A stretch of DNA of 64,000 bases from Tricharina praecox (taxonomy: Eukaryota), in NCBI RefSeq assembly GCF_024521635.1, contig NW_026250409.1, forward strand, positions 682,001-746,000, in the 5' to 3' direction. Positions 13,110 through 27,692 of this stretch are shown here, piece by piece (position 1 is the stretch's first letter; each line of letters begins with the position of its first letter). The notes beneath the pieces are model-generated. The model saw only the letters and a list, made by a program, of their open reading frames with translations, was not told the origin of the DNA and made no database searches. The position numbers and the translations under genes were made by a program.

Positions 13110-13865
13110 CTTTTCCACGGCCAGACCCTGACTGAATAAATCGTAAACCAATATGCCATACCAAGTATCCCCCCAATCCCCAATCCCCAATCCCAAACAC
13201 AAGGAAAAGGAAAAAAAAAACCAAAACCAAAAGAGAAAAGAGAAAAGAGAAAGAAAAAAAAAGGTGCCCCTAAAAAATAATGTATGTACCTTCAAAAAAA
13301 AAAGCTAGTATGGGTATGAGACAAACAAGAAGGAGAAGAAAAGAAAAAAAAGATAGGCAAATCCCCAAACAGTCCGTTTTTTTTTTACCTGGGACAAAAT
13401 AGACGCTGAAGATAATAAAAAAAGGAAAAGGAAAAGCCAATATAGAAGGGAAAAAAAAAAAAAAAAGAAGGGGAAAAAAGGAAAAGCCCTAATAATAGAC
13501 AAGAAACAAGTGTGGCTAGCCCATGGTAAGTGGAAGCCTGAAGATACACAGAAAGTGTGAAGATGAAAAGGTAACGATATCATGACAGAATTGAACAGAA
13601 AACAGCCCGAAATGTAACCCCCCCCCCCCCCCCCCCCAAACCAACCAACCAGACAAACTACCCACATGACCCCGTGCGCGCCGTAGATACAAGTAGATAG
13701 ACCCAGCGCATGAAAATTCAAGACAATATGAAGTGGCCCGTAGTAATGCAGCAGAGAACAATCAGCAAAGCAGACAAATCGCTATCCCCAACCCAAGACG
13801 ACAATCATTCAGGAAACCGAGCAAAGGAAAGAAAAGAAGGGCAGAAGGCGTTTTGTCCCCATGAT

Positions 13866-16800
13866 CTAGGGCCCGTCGATCTGAACCTCGACTCCACCAG
13901 CCGCAGGCTTGGGAGGGGTCGCGGGAAGTCCTTCGCCGGCCGAACTAGTGCCCGTGGAGGGGGTTACTGAGGAATCTGGCGACTGGCAACCAGTGGTGAG
14001 CAATGGAGGCGTGGTCAGTGCCGACTCCAGGGGTGAAGTGGCTTGGGGAGTAGAGGCGCTGTTGAAGATCAATTTCTCAATCTGCGCCATGTTAGTCCCA
14101 TTCGTTTGCTTGACCCGGGCAGGGCGTACGGCATTGATCTGTTTTCCGAACGTGAACTTCTTCAATGCCTGGAGCTGCGGCTTGATCTGCTCGACGAGCG
14201 TCTCACGATCGGCGCCACTGAGAAGCGTAAGAAGTTTCTCTGCAACGTTTGTTAGAATTATGCAGCAAGAAAGAAAGCAATATTTCGGTGGAACGTACGG
14301 ATCACGTAATTGCCGTATTGATCCCGCATAAGCAGGTGCAACGGTGAAGTACCGTCAGGACGCAGGGCTGTGACGGCTCTAACAATCTCACGCTTCTGTT
14401 CCGCATTCCCAAAGGCTATGCTCTTCTCAACAACGTTGGACGCGAACTTGTGTCTTGAAACGCACCACGATCAGCGTAACGTTCATCGGCGGAGCTGAGA
14501 GAGAGAATATCCTTACTTGGAGAATTGAAAGAGCTGACCGGTGACCATCTGAATGATCTTCGCGCGGTCCTCCGGCTTGCCATGCTCAATCACATGCTGG
14601 GTCACGTAGTTACCGTACTGGTCCTGGACGAGCGAAAAGGTGCAGGCGTGAAGTTCCTTCAATATAGAGGCTTGGGCTTCCTCATCGCAGTGTTCCAACA
14701 TGCGCTGAATCACACGGCAGCCATACGGGTGGGTTGCAAGAGTCTGGACCTGGCCCTTGAATGCCGAGATGATGAATTGGATGTGCTCGGCAGGAACCCG
14801 TTCGATGGCCTTTTGGACCACGTGATTGCCATTCTGGTCCTTCACGCATTTGAGAACATGGCCATCAAGCTCTTTTACCAGGGTGGATTGTTGATCCGTC
14901 AATATGTGCTCGAGAGCCTATTGAAAACGTTAGCCCATCGTTCGCTGTGTTGACACCCCTGGGTGACCCCGTACCTTCTGGACTACGCGACATCCGTACA
15001 TCTGCAGCGACAGAGTCAAGACGTGGCCCTCCATCTGCTTTGCCAAGATGCTCTTCTGCAGTTGATTCCCATGCTCGAAGAACTTCTGGATCACGTAGTT
15101 CCCGAATACATCGGTCATCAGCTGCAGAGAGTTCTGGCGTATCTCCTTGAATACGACTTCCTTCTCATCACTGTTGGCCGTCTCGAGCTTCTGCTGGATG
15201 AAGCGAGATCCATGCTGGTCGCCGCTAAATTCCACAACGTGCTGATAGATGTCCTACTCGTGTCGGATCAGTATCGAGGTGCTCCAATACACGGGGCAGG
15301 TGTGATTGTTACCTTCAGCTCGTAGCGTCTGTTCGACTTCGAATTGGACCTGAACTCTTCGAGGAGGGCACTCCTCAAACTACCAAAGTCATCGTGACGC
15401 CTGGGTGGTGCAGCTTGCGCTGGACCCATCAGAGGACTCATCGATCCGGGGAACGTGGGCATCTGCATTCTGGTGTTGCTGTACGCGCCAGTATAGTCGT
15501 AGTTGCCACTCGTTGGCACATATTGCTGGGAACGGTACAACGAGTCACGCATCAGCATCGCCGGATGATGGTTCTGTTGCTGCTGTTGTTGCGTCACCAG
15601 CAACTGCTGACGCAGTTTTTCTGGATGGAGACCAATCTGACCGGACGGCGTACGGTTGGTGGAGCCTCCACGAGAGGGAGAGCGAATGCCTTCCATGCCG
15701 GAGGGCGGAGTTCCAGCTGGATAGTACGGGCTGCCCAAACTTCTCCGATTGTAGTCCTCACCGGGAGACATCGCCCCATTGCGCTCGTAGGACCGAATGC
15801 GCTGCTCGCCATAACCATCTCCGAATTCACCGAACTGATCGTTGTACTGATCCTGTCCACGGAAGAGAGTCTCATCGGGAGACCAAGGGGACGAGCCATG
15901 CGATCCCTGGGCAGCGTGTCTCTGGTACGCAAGTTCCCCGAATTGCGGCTGCGGCGGGTAATTGATATTGCCGGTGGGCGGCGTCTGCGTGGTGAATGCA
16001 GGATACGGAGGCCGCTGCCTGGCTCCCTGGTACAGGTCGCCGTCGTCCTCGACGGATAGTTGACTGACCTGGGCGATCATCTCGGCGTTCCGGGTCTCAC
16101 GGCTCAGTTCCGGGTATCTGGTTTGGGAGTAGGGCTGCCCTTGAAGGGGATGGCCACCGAGCTGGGCTCCGCCGTGGGAAGTCGGCATGTGGGTGTATGA
16201 AGGGTAGCCAGCACCGTTGGGTGGTGGTGACTGATCCGGGTTGTAAGTTGGGGGGGTCGAATTCGCGCGCTGCTGAGGGGGCAGGCTCTCGCTACGGCCA
16301 GCAGTGTTCAGGTGATCGGCAGAGGGAACGATCCCTCGAGAGTTCGAGAGACCACGCCCTCTACGCAGCTGATTGTGCTCATCGCTCTCCATAGCACCCG
16401 CCAACACGGACCCCAGATGTCGTCCACCACCAGTGTTGTTGGCGCCACCGAAACGTTGACCCCCAAACTGACCCATCTCCATGGGTCGCCCACGGTTGTT
16501 TTGAAAGTCCAAGGCATCTCCGAAGCTGGCGGACGAAGGGTCTAGGTATCCTTTGCTACCCGGGGATTGCGTCAGGGTTGTCCCGCGTCCGACGGCTGCC
16601 TGTCTAGGCATAGGATAGAAAGGTGATGAGCTCCTAGGAATCTCGGTCGACTGCTTGGGACTCTCATATTTTGGATTCGTGCGCATCCTGACGGGAGACC
16701 GGGAGAGATCTGCTGCAGCCACGTTGGTGATTCCGGGCGACGTTGCTTCTCCCGACCACATTGATGACTTGTTCCACGTGTCATTTTCGAGCAGCGCCGA

Positions 16801-17264
16801 TGAACCTTGTTTTCCATCGAAAGCGCCGGCCGAAGCACCAGGCGGGGGATAAGAATCGTCGGACCCGGGACCTTGTGCTGCAAGTCAGTGAAAAATATTC
16901 CTAGCAAACCGGAGAGTGTGCATGCGACATACCTCTACGATCAGTCACGCCACCACCACCACCGCCAAAGCCACCTCCGAGACTACTGCTGGCGCCGGCT
17001 CCGGGAGGCGATCCCCAGATCGTCCAGCTCGGCGGGTTGTTCGGAAGCCCTTGCGACGGAGCTTGTGAAGCTGTCGTGGTCTCGTCGATCGAAGCGCCGG
17101 GCGATCGGGTGAAGTCTGTAAATCGACCTCCTCTCATCTAGAATCGCATTGTCAGTCCTTGCCCGACTCGTTTGCGGCTGTCGCGGACCGGGGGGAGGAT
17201 CGCAACGAACATTGCTGGTGCCAGCCGCAGCACGCGAAGCTGCCGTGGTCTGATGATCCGCCAT
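13866..17264 (-). CDS. PUF3: Pumilio-family RNA-binding protein Puf3 (eight PUF repeats; about 6 coding introns)
   Basis: Repeats [63 protein letters not shown] and DQYGNYVIQ give the canonical Puf3/Pumilio recognition set. Long low-complexity N-terminus. ATG 17264 is joined in frame through GTTCGT and GTATGT introns. Confidence 0.93.
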
Positions 17265-18700
17265 GTCGCGGAAGTAGTGCGATGTACGTTTGTTTCACTT
17301 GCTCTTTCCGAGTTTTTCGAGGTGTCGAGAAAATGCAGGCGGAGCTTACGAAGTGTGTCGCGAGGCAGGGTATCGGGCGGTGTTGTCGAAGAGGGTAGCA
17401 AGAAGGACGATAGCTCGATCGATTCCCAGCACTACTGGTAGGTTCGGTTTGTACAAAGATTCGGTGTGCGACGTGGGTTTGTACAAAGGACCGAGGTGGG
17501 GGGAGGAGCAGGAGGATGATACGCGTCGCTGTTCGAGCTGGGTGATGGAGCGGGGCCGAAACTACAGAGCACGGTCTAGTGTCAGCCCTATGTTCGTTCG
17601 ACGGCAACCCTCGTTCGACAAAAATCCCCACGCGAAATCGGTCGGTAAAATTGGTTAAGCTTACCGAGTAGCGGAGGGTCCCACCCAGTAGTGCAGTTCT
17701 CGCAGGCGATGTCGATGTGATTTGCTTGAAGAGAGGCTTCCCGATTTGCAGTTGCGAGTTGCAGGCGCTGGGTAGAAAGAAAGAAAAAAAGATTTGCTGC
17801 GAATGGAAGGGTTGAAAGGATGTGAAAGGAAGCTCTGGAAAGGAAGCGGGGAGGAAGGATGACGCTGGTCGTTGCTTTTTGGGATGGTTGCCTATTGTTT
17901 TCCGTTCTAGGCTGACCGGTTCGAGACGTGAGAAGGTGAGTTAGGTTTGGTGCAGCAATTGATTGAATGGCCAGTCGAGGAGGGGGGTGTTTCGGTGATT
18001 GCAAGGAATGAGTGATAGGTAGATGAATATGCGTGTAGTGCAAGAGTCGGATTGAAATTGGGGGCAGGAATGTTAGGTAAGGAGTAAGGTGCAAGCTGGC
18101 TGTGAGAATGAGAATTTGGAATAGGTATGTCGACTCTCGAGGAAACCGCTCCGAACGAGAAGTGAGGCCGACGAGATAATCGAATGGTATTCAAACAGCG
18201 AGCAGCAACGCAGCAAATATCAACAGCAGTCCGAACACAGCAGCCAGGCTTCCAAAATGCCGACAGACAGCGTGGTGACCGGCCCTCCGCCCGATTGAAT
18301 GCTTAACAGGTTGAAGTTGTAGTCATGCGGTGAGAGTTCCGACGATGAAATGCAAGGGGTAGGACTCCGAACAGCTGGAAAGGACCGGCTTGACGGTGAG
18401 GCAAGGCGTTGAGGAAGCCTACTACGAAGGCGCCGGTAGCGGGGAAGATGCCGATGTCTGGATCCAAAAGGTAGGCTTCGTCGACGGTAGTGTAGGGTTG
18501 TTTGGTGTGATGTTGTTTGATATGAGTGTAAATGCTGCGGTGTAGATGCTGAGTGTAGATGCTGAGAGTATGGGTGAGAATGCGAATGTGTCAGTGGTAA
18601 GGCAGGGCGGGAAGGAGGAAGAAAGGAAGGTCTGGTAGTTGGTGTGGGTGGGCGGGGTGATTTCGATGCAAACGGGTTTCAGCACGAAGAAGTAGCACTA
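17265..18700 (-). promoter_or_regulatory. Long putative 5' leader of PUF3 with a leader intron (about 17664-17562) and one uORF (18326-18303, MTTTSTC*)
   Basis: Only one minus-strand ATG between 17265 and 18718. GTAAGC donor and GCTGAC..TAG acceptor. Confidence 0.55.
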
Positions 18701-20168
18701 GGTACCTTAGGTACTTCTCATCCACCCTCTTGTTCTCGGAAATACCGTGCTAAGGCGTGGACAGTCAAGTCAGACTGGACGGCCACGGGCCAAAGCTGTG
18801 GCCGGCCATGAATGCAGTGTCCCTCCGAGAGCGATGCACAGCAAACCGCAATATGTAAGGACTGAAGATGGCTGCAGAATATGGCAGCTAACAATCTGCC
18901 TACCACACCTCCACCTCTTGTGACGATGGCCGCCTGCTGAATGTCCACGGCCCATATCACGGCAAGTTCAAGTTCAAGTTCAAGTTCAAGTTCAAGTTGA
19001 ACCGGCGACGGCATAGGTTAAAGTGCACGGAAAAGTGGGGGGAGCGGAGAAGCAACTGAGCGATTGCAAAGCAGGGTTGCCTGGGTTGGTGCTTGCATTT
19101 CTTTCTCTCTTCTTCCATCTCCAACCATCGGAGACCATCACGGCAGCAACCACGGCCCTTTTTTCTGCCCGTACGTTTCTTTGTCCGACCTGGGATCCAG
19201 AGCACGCAGTGGTCCGTGGTCCGTGGGCCGTGGTGTGTGTGAGCAAGGTGTGTGCTCGGAAATAAGTGGACTGTGGTGGTGGTTACTGGGTTAGCTTCTC
19301 CAGATGTTTTCCCGCTCTGATCTGAAGGCGGGTGTGCGAGGCTGCAGTAGTGCCTACCGAAATAGTTGTCCGATTGGCAGACATGTATGTGATGTATGTG
19401 GGTTAGGTAGCTCCGCTTGGGATGGATGAGGGGGAAGCGAGAAGAGCAGCACAGCGCAGGATGGCGGATTCTGCATTGCCATTCGACGGCCGTTCGCCAT
19501 TCTCCTGTAGGTACATACACCCAAGTAGTTGTCGTGTCACAGACGAGAACCCCCGCCGGTTTCTGCTGCTAGATCACAGATCGACGAGTGTATCGGTATA
19601 GATACCGTAACTTGCTCTAGAATCAACCGTCAGAGCTCGGCACATTGGACGGCCCTCTTCGAACGCCTAATGGAAGGGCTGGAACTAAGCACTCACTTCC
19701 CATCACTCGTTAGCACAAGGAAGTGCTGCGATTGCGGTTCGACATGGATCGTGAGATACTCAATGATTATTAAAAAGAAACCCCCTCCAAAAAAACATGG
19801 ATCGTCAGAGAATCAATGTTTAAACAAAGAAAAAAAGGAAGAAGAAAAAAACACTGATCGTGCGCATGCAACGGTACATTGATGATCCCTCTCTCTCCTG
19901 CATCGTGAGCAGAGCCATATTCCAGTAAGGCCGTATATTGATTTATCATCTCGAGCAGAGCCTCTGGAAGAGTGAAGCGACGATATGTCGGTGCGGGAGT
20001 GGCTGAATGGAGCGGGTATACGGGACTGCGGGTCCAAAAGGGAACGCTACACGATGAGACTTGGCAGTTACGAGCATGAGACGCAATCCCCTCATGTCCG
20101 GAGTATATACGGGATATCCGCTCAGTCGTGTGCATAAATATGTCAGTACTTGGCTGACGTCCGCATTT

Positions 20169-21532
20169 CTATAGATCCAACATGACGGCGACCAGGTCGT
20201 AATCGAGCCCCTTCGTGCGCAAGAGATCGATCTCCAACAGCTCGAATTCCGGCGGCCAGGTCGTAATCGAGCCCTTCGTGCGCAAGAGATCAATCTCCAG
20301 CAGTTCGAAGTCCGGCGGCCGCAATCCTACCCGTCCACGTTTCTGCACCACCACCACCACCACCATCACCATCTCATATCGATGGGGTGCGTCTATCCCT
20401 ATCTCCGATGACTCGGAATCCCTCCCGGGCTTCCTGTGCTCATTCGACCGCTCTCGCCTGGCCTGTGGCGCGCCGAACATTAGGCATCCTGCCCATCCCT
20501 CGGAAACCGTCCGCCTATCGAAGAGGTACGTCGTCGTAAACCAGTAAGCTCTTGCGTCGGCTCAACCCAATGACAGGATCCGGCAGATGCGTAATGCCTT
20601 CAGACTACCGCCTTACGTGTCAAGCGGTGCGAAGACATGACTCTTGCATACCACATCGCACCAGCCGACGGTCGCAGCAGATCGATGAGACGCTGTGTCG
20701 ACGCAGCATTCCCACTCGTATGGTTGTCGATCGAGCTGCTGCTGCTACTGCTGCAGAAACCGTCCATACGGCCGGCTAGCCCGAACCGTTGTGCTTGCCC
20801 GATTCAACCAGCAAGATGCTGCCGATTCATTGCTGCGCATGCCACCAATCCGGGCTCGGCCAGAGGGCTCCCCGAACGCACGCTCGACGGAATACGAGCG
20901 ACCGCCTCCGCTGGAGCGGGCTCCTTCTCTGGTGCCCCCTCCGCCTTCGCTGGAACGTATCCTTCTCTGGTGCCCTCTGCCTTCACTGGTGCGCCTCCTT
21001 CTTTGATATCCTCCGCCTTTTATTGGAAAGCCCCCATCTCTGGTGCCCTCCGACTCCGCCGACACAATACCCACGTAAGTATCTTACGGTACCTGTGTGT
21101 CGTCCAACACGTCCAAGCCACCAACAGCCAGGGCGTGGATAAGCAAACAGGCAGGCAGGCAGTCGAAAGGGAGGCTATCGTTACACTCGCAAAGCCTGCC
21201 TTATGCATCCTTCCCTTCCTTCCATTCCTCATCGTCCTCCCTTCCATTCCTTCCAATCCTCCTCCTCTGCTCCTCCTCTGCTCCTTTTCCTCCCTTTCCT
21301 CCTTTTCTTCCTCCTCTTCCTCATCATCCTCATCTTCTTGATCTTCCTCCTCCTCCTCCTTCTCATCATCCTCATCTTCTTGATCTTCCTCCTCCTCCTC
21401 CTTCTCATCATCCTCATCCTCCTCATCCTCATCCTCATCCTCCTCCCTGTGAGACGAAGGCAGGGGTGCCATAAGAAACCCCAAGGCAGGCCATCCAACC
21501 ACGTTTCCTCGCTGCCTGCTGCTGGCCGCCAT
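20169..21532 (-). pseudogene. Decayed repeat-rich/acidic protein gene relic
   Basis: Poly-E/D tract with a 42-bp duplication, four degenerate 36-38-bp units (KAEGxxEGxxP-like) and a 63/64-bp duplicate (PPxFELLEIDLLRTKG), interrupted by frameshifts. Confidence 0.4.
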
Positions 21533-22338
21533 GCCAAACGTCTCGTTGTTTTTTTCTCTGCGGTTCTAGCCCATACATAGCCCAGGATGCAGGGCCAGGA
21601 TGCTGAGGCATATCCCAAGCTGAACTCTGCCTGCTCTTGTTGCAAGATTTGCAAGATTTGCAAGATTTGCAAGGATTCGGCGCGGTGGGGCCGTGCTGCG
21701 CTGCGCTGCGGTATGTGGCTGGCTAACTACCTAGGTAGGTAACAAAGACTGCCGCTGCAAACGCTGCAAACCCCAGACGGCGGAGGCGGGGGCGGAGTAC
21801 TTGGGCCCGTTGCGCTTGCATCATTGAGGATCGCCTCCAAGCAAGCAATGCTATGTAATAGCAATGCTAGTTAGGTACTATGTATATTTCGGACGTGTGG
21901 TCACTGGTCTTCCCGCTGTCTCCAACCGAAAAAGCACTCCTCCTCTTTTGCGGATTGCTGAGTACGCAACGAGTACTTACTTACTACCTACCTACATACC
22001 GTATGCTGGGGCCCCGGTTGCGGGAGCAAATGAACTGAATGGAATTCGGCATGCTGCCTCGTGAGTCGTAACTAACTAATACTCTGACGCTGACGATTTC
22101 TGGCCGAAACCAACCCCCGCTCGAGCTCGTCCCCTCAACTTTTTTTTTTGGCGGGAGGGGGCGGAAGCCTGAAGAGGGGGAGGGGGGGACACACCCTAAC
22201 TACATAACTCTAACTATCTGTCATGTGAAACTTGTGGTTGGACTCTAGTTATGTGGTGCACTGGATTGTCCCGCCTTTGCATATACCTATGTGGAGTATT
22301 TATGCCACCGTGACACTTGCAAGGAAAGAGTGGAGTAG

Positions 22339-22749
<411 letters not shown>

Positions 22750-25700
22750 TGATACATTCGATAGTTACTCCACGGTACTCCACGGTACTCCCAAAGTAAC
22801 TGCTAGATTATGTACCTGCTCTGGTTGCGTCCGTCCGTCTAGCGAATGCACCCTGCCTGTGTACAGTCATGCTTTTCCTAGGTATAGAGTACATATCATG
22901 GGCGGACGGTGGACCCGTGCTGGGGTTTGGACGCTGGATGCTGGAGAAGGGGCCCTCCTCTGGTAGCACCCTACCCCCCTTCTCCCCCTGAACACCATAA
23001 TCACGCCGGCGTTTAATTTGTTTTTTGTGTTTTGTTTTTTATTTACTATTTTTTGTTTTTCCTCCCGCTGAGCAGCACCAAGTATCACTCGTCTACCTAT
23101 AATCCCATGTAGAGTACAATACGTTTCGGTTTCGGTTCCGGTTCCGGTGCGCCATGCCATGTAACTGTTGCTGTTAGTGTTCGACTCAGTCAGTCGATGG
23201 AACCTTCCTCTTTCTGGCTGTGTATGTACTCGAGTACGTACTACGTGTGTTCATGGCCTGGCGGGTACTTATATGTGTGGACTTACATCTCATCTACCTT
23301 ATCGTATGGGGTATGACACGATTGATGCTTTCGCGCCGATGAGTCGGTGACTCCGCGATGATTCCGCGATACTGGAACCTAAAGTGCGTGTGTGTACGTA
23401 CGTGCGTACGTTCTTGTGCTACTGGTTACTACCCACGCATCCGTTATTTGCTTACATGTAGCATACCTAGGAGTGCTCACGCATCGACTACGACTACGAC
23501 GGCAATGGAGATACAGGCCGGTATGTATACGCTCAACGAAACACGGCTGCCGACGTCCCTTGGTATGGAGGGACCTTCACACCCCCAACGGCCAGCCAGC
23601 CGATATTGGGACTCGGAAATCTACTTCATCTACTTCATCTACTTCATCTACTTCATCTAGGTACTTCGTCTCCACCAGCCCCCCCCCCCCCCCCCTCCCC
23701 CCCCCGCTCGTCTCTACATCCACATGGCAAGACGGGATTAAAGCTCTCGTCAAAACTCGGACCACTGATCGCTTAATACGGCTGCTTCTGGTTCGAAACA
23801 TATGCCAGCCCGCGGAAACCACTGGGTGCTTCCCATTGTTAGGTATTTGTCCCCTCGCGTGGCTGCCTGGCCCTTGGCTGAGGCCGTGCTGACTTCCCTT
23901 CTCTGCCCTGCCCTGCCTGCCGCGGCGGGGGCAGGATCGAGTCCGAGCTCGAGTTGGAGGCGGAATTGAAGTTGGAGTCAGAGCCACAGTCAGAGCCAGA
24001 GTCAGACTGTTTCCCCTGCACAAGATGGGGGGCCTACTTCTTCTTCTTCTTCTTCCCTCGTCCCTCGTGACGAGTGAGGCTACCAGCTACATTATGTGGA
24101 TAATCACAGCGTCCCGCGCTGCTCAGTCACGCAGTAGTCCGACAGTCGAGCCCTCCAACCTCCAAACTTATGTATGTACCTACTGTAGGTATCTCAACTT
24201 CCACAGGGCCACAGCAGCCATCCACGGGCACCTATCTATCTACCTAGTATCCAATCCAGCCGTCTTGCCAAAGTTCCACGGATGCAACCAGATAGTCCCG
24301 CAGTGTACATACCTGAGGTAGGTACATAGGTACTCGATGCACTCCGCACTCCGCACCCGTCACCGTCACCGTCGCATTCGGATTATTTCCCGAAGTTCAT
24401 GCACCTATCCACCCCACCCCCTGGGTACATTATGTAGGTAGGGAGGTATGTAGGTACCCCCTTTCCACCATAACTCGAACTCGAAGTCAAACTCGAACTC
24501 GGAATCACCGTAATCCCATTTCTCCTCCTCCTCCTCCTCCTCCTCCTCTACTCTCCTTTAACTTCTCGTCAGTTGGCGGTATATATATACTTCTTGGTCG
24601 GTCACAATCGCCCTGACTGGGCCCTGACCTTTATGTAGGTAAGAAGTATGTACCCTGCAACTACCGACATGTATGTAGGTGGGTATTTCCATAAGGCTGC
24701 CGCACGCACACCCGATGAGATGAGATGAGCCACTTCGAGTCTTTGACGTCTGCCTGGAGCTGGAGAGTACGCAGAGGAGAAGGAGGAGGTGCGTGGTGTT
24801 AGTAGTAGTAGTGGTGGTAGTGGATCCTGTGCGCGCAGCGATTCAAACTCGACTCCGGAGGTGTCCACAACATTAGTTAACCGCGGGTACTCCCATCCAA
24901 GGAGTAGCGAGGTAACCGAGTGAAGGGGGGTATGTAGTCCCTTATTCACTGCATGATGGGTACAGGTACCTACGGCGCTCGGCAACCTTACCGATTGGTC
25001 AGGATGGAAGTCGTGTTCTTTCCCTCCCCAAAGCTTCGGTAGTCGAGTGATAATTTATGTACTCTACTGCTCACGATGTGGCTGCAACAGTCAACAATGG
25101 TGGACTTTGCTTCCATGTATGTCGTGGATTCCTCCCTCATACATAGCCCATGAACTCTGTACCCAGTGGGCTGATGGAAGCACCCGCAACGCCATCCATG
25201 AAGCTGCCAACTCCAAGTCTTCAACCTTCTCCCGCCGCGCCCACCATCACCACCGAGATTTACCGAGCACCATTACCACCACTCCAAGTGCCCGAGCACG
25301 GACCACATAAGGTGTTACATCAATGGTCATACATATCGCCTGTCATTCCGTCCAACCACGAAAATATGGCTCCTCTTCGATCGCTCCGTCACAGAACGGT
25401 CCGTCTTCGACTTTGGTCCGCCTGTGGTCCGCCTATGTATGTACCTATGACACCTACCTAGGTACATAACTAGGAATCACCTGGCTCTCCCTCCCCTTCG
25501 CTCTACTCCATCGTAAATGAAATACCTACCTACTGAACTACCCCCTTGCGGATGGATACCTACGTGCGTGCACCCCGCGGAAAACTTGTCTGACAGCGCG
25601 GACAGGTCCCTGGTCACTTCCTTGGGTCGATAGGGTGGTGCGCATCGTAGGTGAGCATGGCTACATATAGTTTTGCTGGTTTTCGGGGAAAATATGGTCC

Positions 25701-27692
25701 ACAGATCGAATCGCAGTGAACCCAGGCGAGAGTTGCGCTTCCCATGTGCACATTACACTACCTAGCATGACCTGCCGAGTGATTGATTGATTGATTGATT
25801 GATTGATGACAAACCTCGGCAGGATCTATTATCTACATACATATGTATCCATGATCTATCCGTCGAATCAAAATTCGAGCAACACGCTTTCGGCTTTCCC
25901 GGCTTTTTTTCTGCAAAGTTGCCAATAACTAACGATGGAGACTGGAGTATGTATCCTGCTTTTCTCGTAGACGATAGGTCCAGCCGCACGCACCGCACCG
26001 GTTTTCGTCCATACAGAGGTCCTCCGCATTGGACCGTAGGTTATTTTACACCCGATCATGCCCCCCCATTTTTCAGGTTCAATAATTAATTGCCCGTGAC
26101 CCGTCTAGATCATGCCAACACCTATACATACACATAGCGTTTTTCCGTGTGCACCGTCCACCATCCACCATCCACCGTCGTCCACCATCAAACCCTCCCT
26201 CGACCAGTCCGCAGTGACCAGTCGGCGCCGGCTCCTCGTACCTCCCGCCATCTTCCGCCATGGCCCTTCCCCCCGAAGCCATATAGCGCACCAACCAGGG
26301 AAACAGAGCCAGGAAGGCAGAAGGCAAAGTGACCAACACCCCCTCGCCCGCCCGTGCCGAACATATACGAGTGAGAAACCATGCACAGTAACTACCCCTG
26401 GACCTGGGGCTGGCACACCGTCCACCGCGCCAAACGCCAAACGCCAAACGCCAGCCGCGGATCACATCACAGCATATCATTCGCGTGCATCGCACGCCTC
26501 ACCGCCTCATCAGTTTTTTTTCGGTGTCCCCAGTATCCGATTCTATTCGGCCGGCAAAACTGTACTCTACGTATCGTACATACCTCTCACCCGATATAGC
26601 CCAGTTAGTTCGCCACCGATCTCCCGTTATGTCATCTCCACATCGGACCTTCGGTTCGTTGACGGCAGCAGGGAGGGCCTACCTAGTAACTACCAGGGCC
26701 GGGGGGGGGGGGGGGGGGGGGGGGCGGGGAGAATCAGAGAGAGATCCCATCCATGTCAAAAATAGATATGCTTCCCCAAGTCCAAGTCCAAATTCCAACA
26801 TCATTAGCCAGATATCACCATGAGTGCAGCGAGTGCAGTGAGTGTGAGCAAAGTGGCCCACCTCCGCCCGGCGCTGATGTACGTAGAGTCGGAAAAAACA
26901 ACAGGACTTGGAAATGAACGCAGGTACCGCGAAAATCCCAAATTCACTGTAGACTTTACTCTAGAGTGGAGTGAGTTCATCATCGCATGAACTCACTCGG
27001 TCGAACAATTAGGTGGTTCGGATGGTATGTAGGAGTCTGAACATGCAGCCTTGCTTTCTCGCGCTGCTGGACCGGGTGTTTCTCCTCCCTTCCTCCCTCC
27101 CTTCCCCCACCGCCCCCCTCTCGTCTCCCCGATTACATGCCCGTCCCGTCCCGATCCCACTCCCACTCCCACTCCATCTCCCACCGAAAAACCAAACCAA
27201 ACCAGACATTAAAGTCCTAGCACCTGTACAGTAAAATAAAAAAAACAACGGAAAGCCCACCCAAATCGTAAAAAACAAGTCCCATCATAATACACAACAA
27301 AGCAAAAAACAAATCAGCACTAAAACACAAGCACAAAGTGGAAGGGTGAATGGGCTGTATAAAATAAAAAAAAAACTGTGGCACCTAACAAGGCACAAGA
27401 GAAGAGAAATACTAGTTACTGCGGTAACGGTAACGGTCAAGATGCAAAAAAAAAAAAACCACTCCAAATTCCTACCTGAAAAATGACCAGAGGTAAAAAT
27501 GAACAAGATGGAAGTAGCAGAAGAGAATTGCCGGGACTCCAACATTGATGGTATTTGAAAAGAACCTTTCGCATTCCACTAAACAAAGAACCAGCGCGAG
27601 ACCACCATCAAAGATGTCTCCACGTCTCCCCCTTTACCTTTCCCCGAACGCCCCCATCATTTTCGTCTCCTTCGATTGCTTCGTCAACCACT

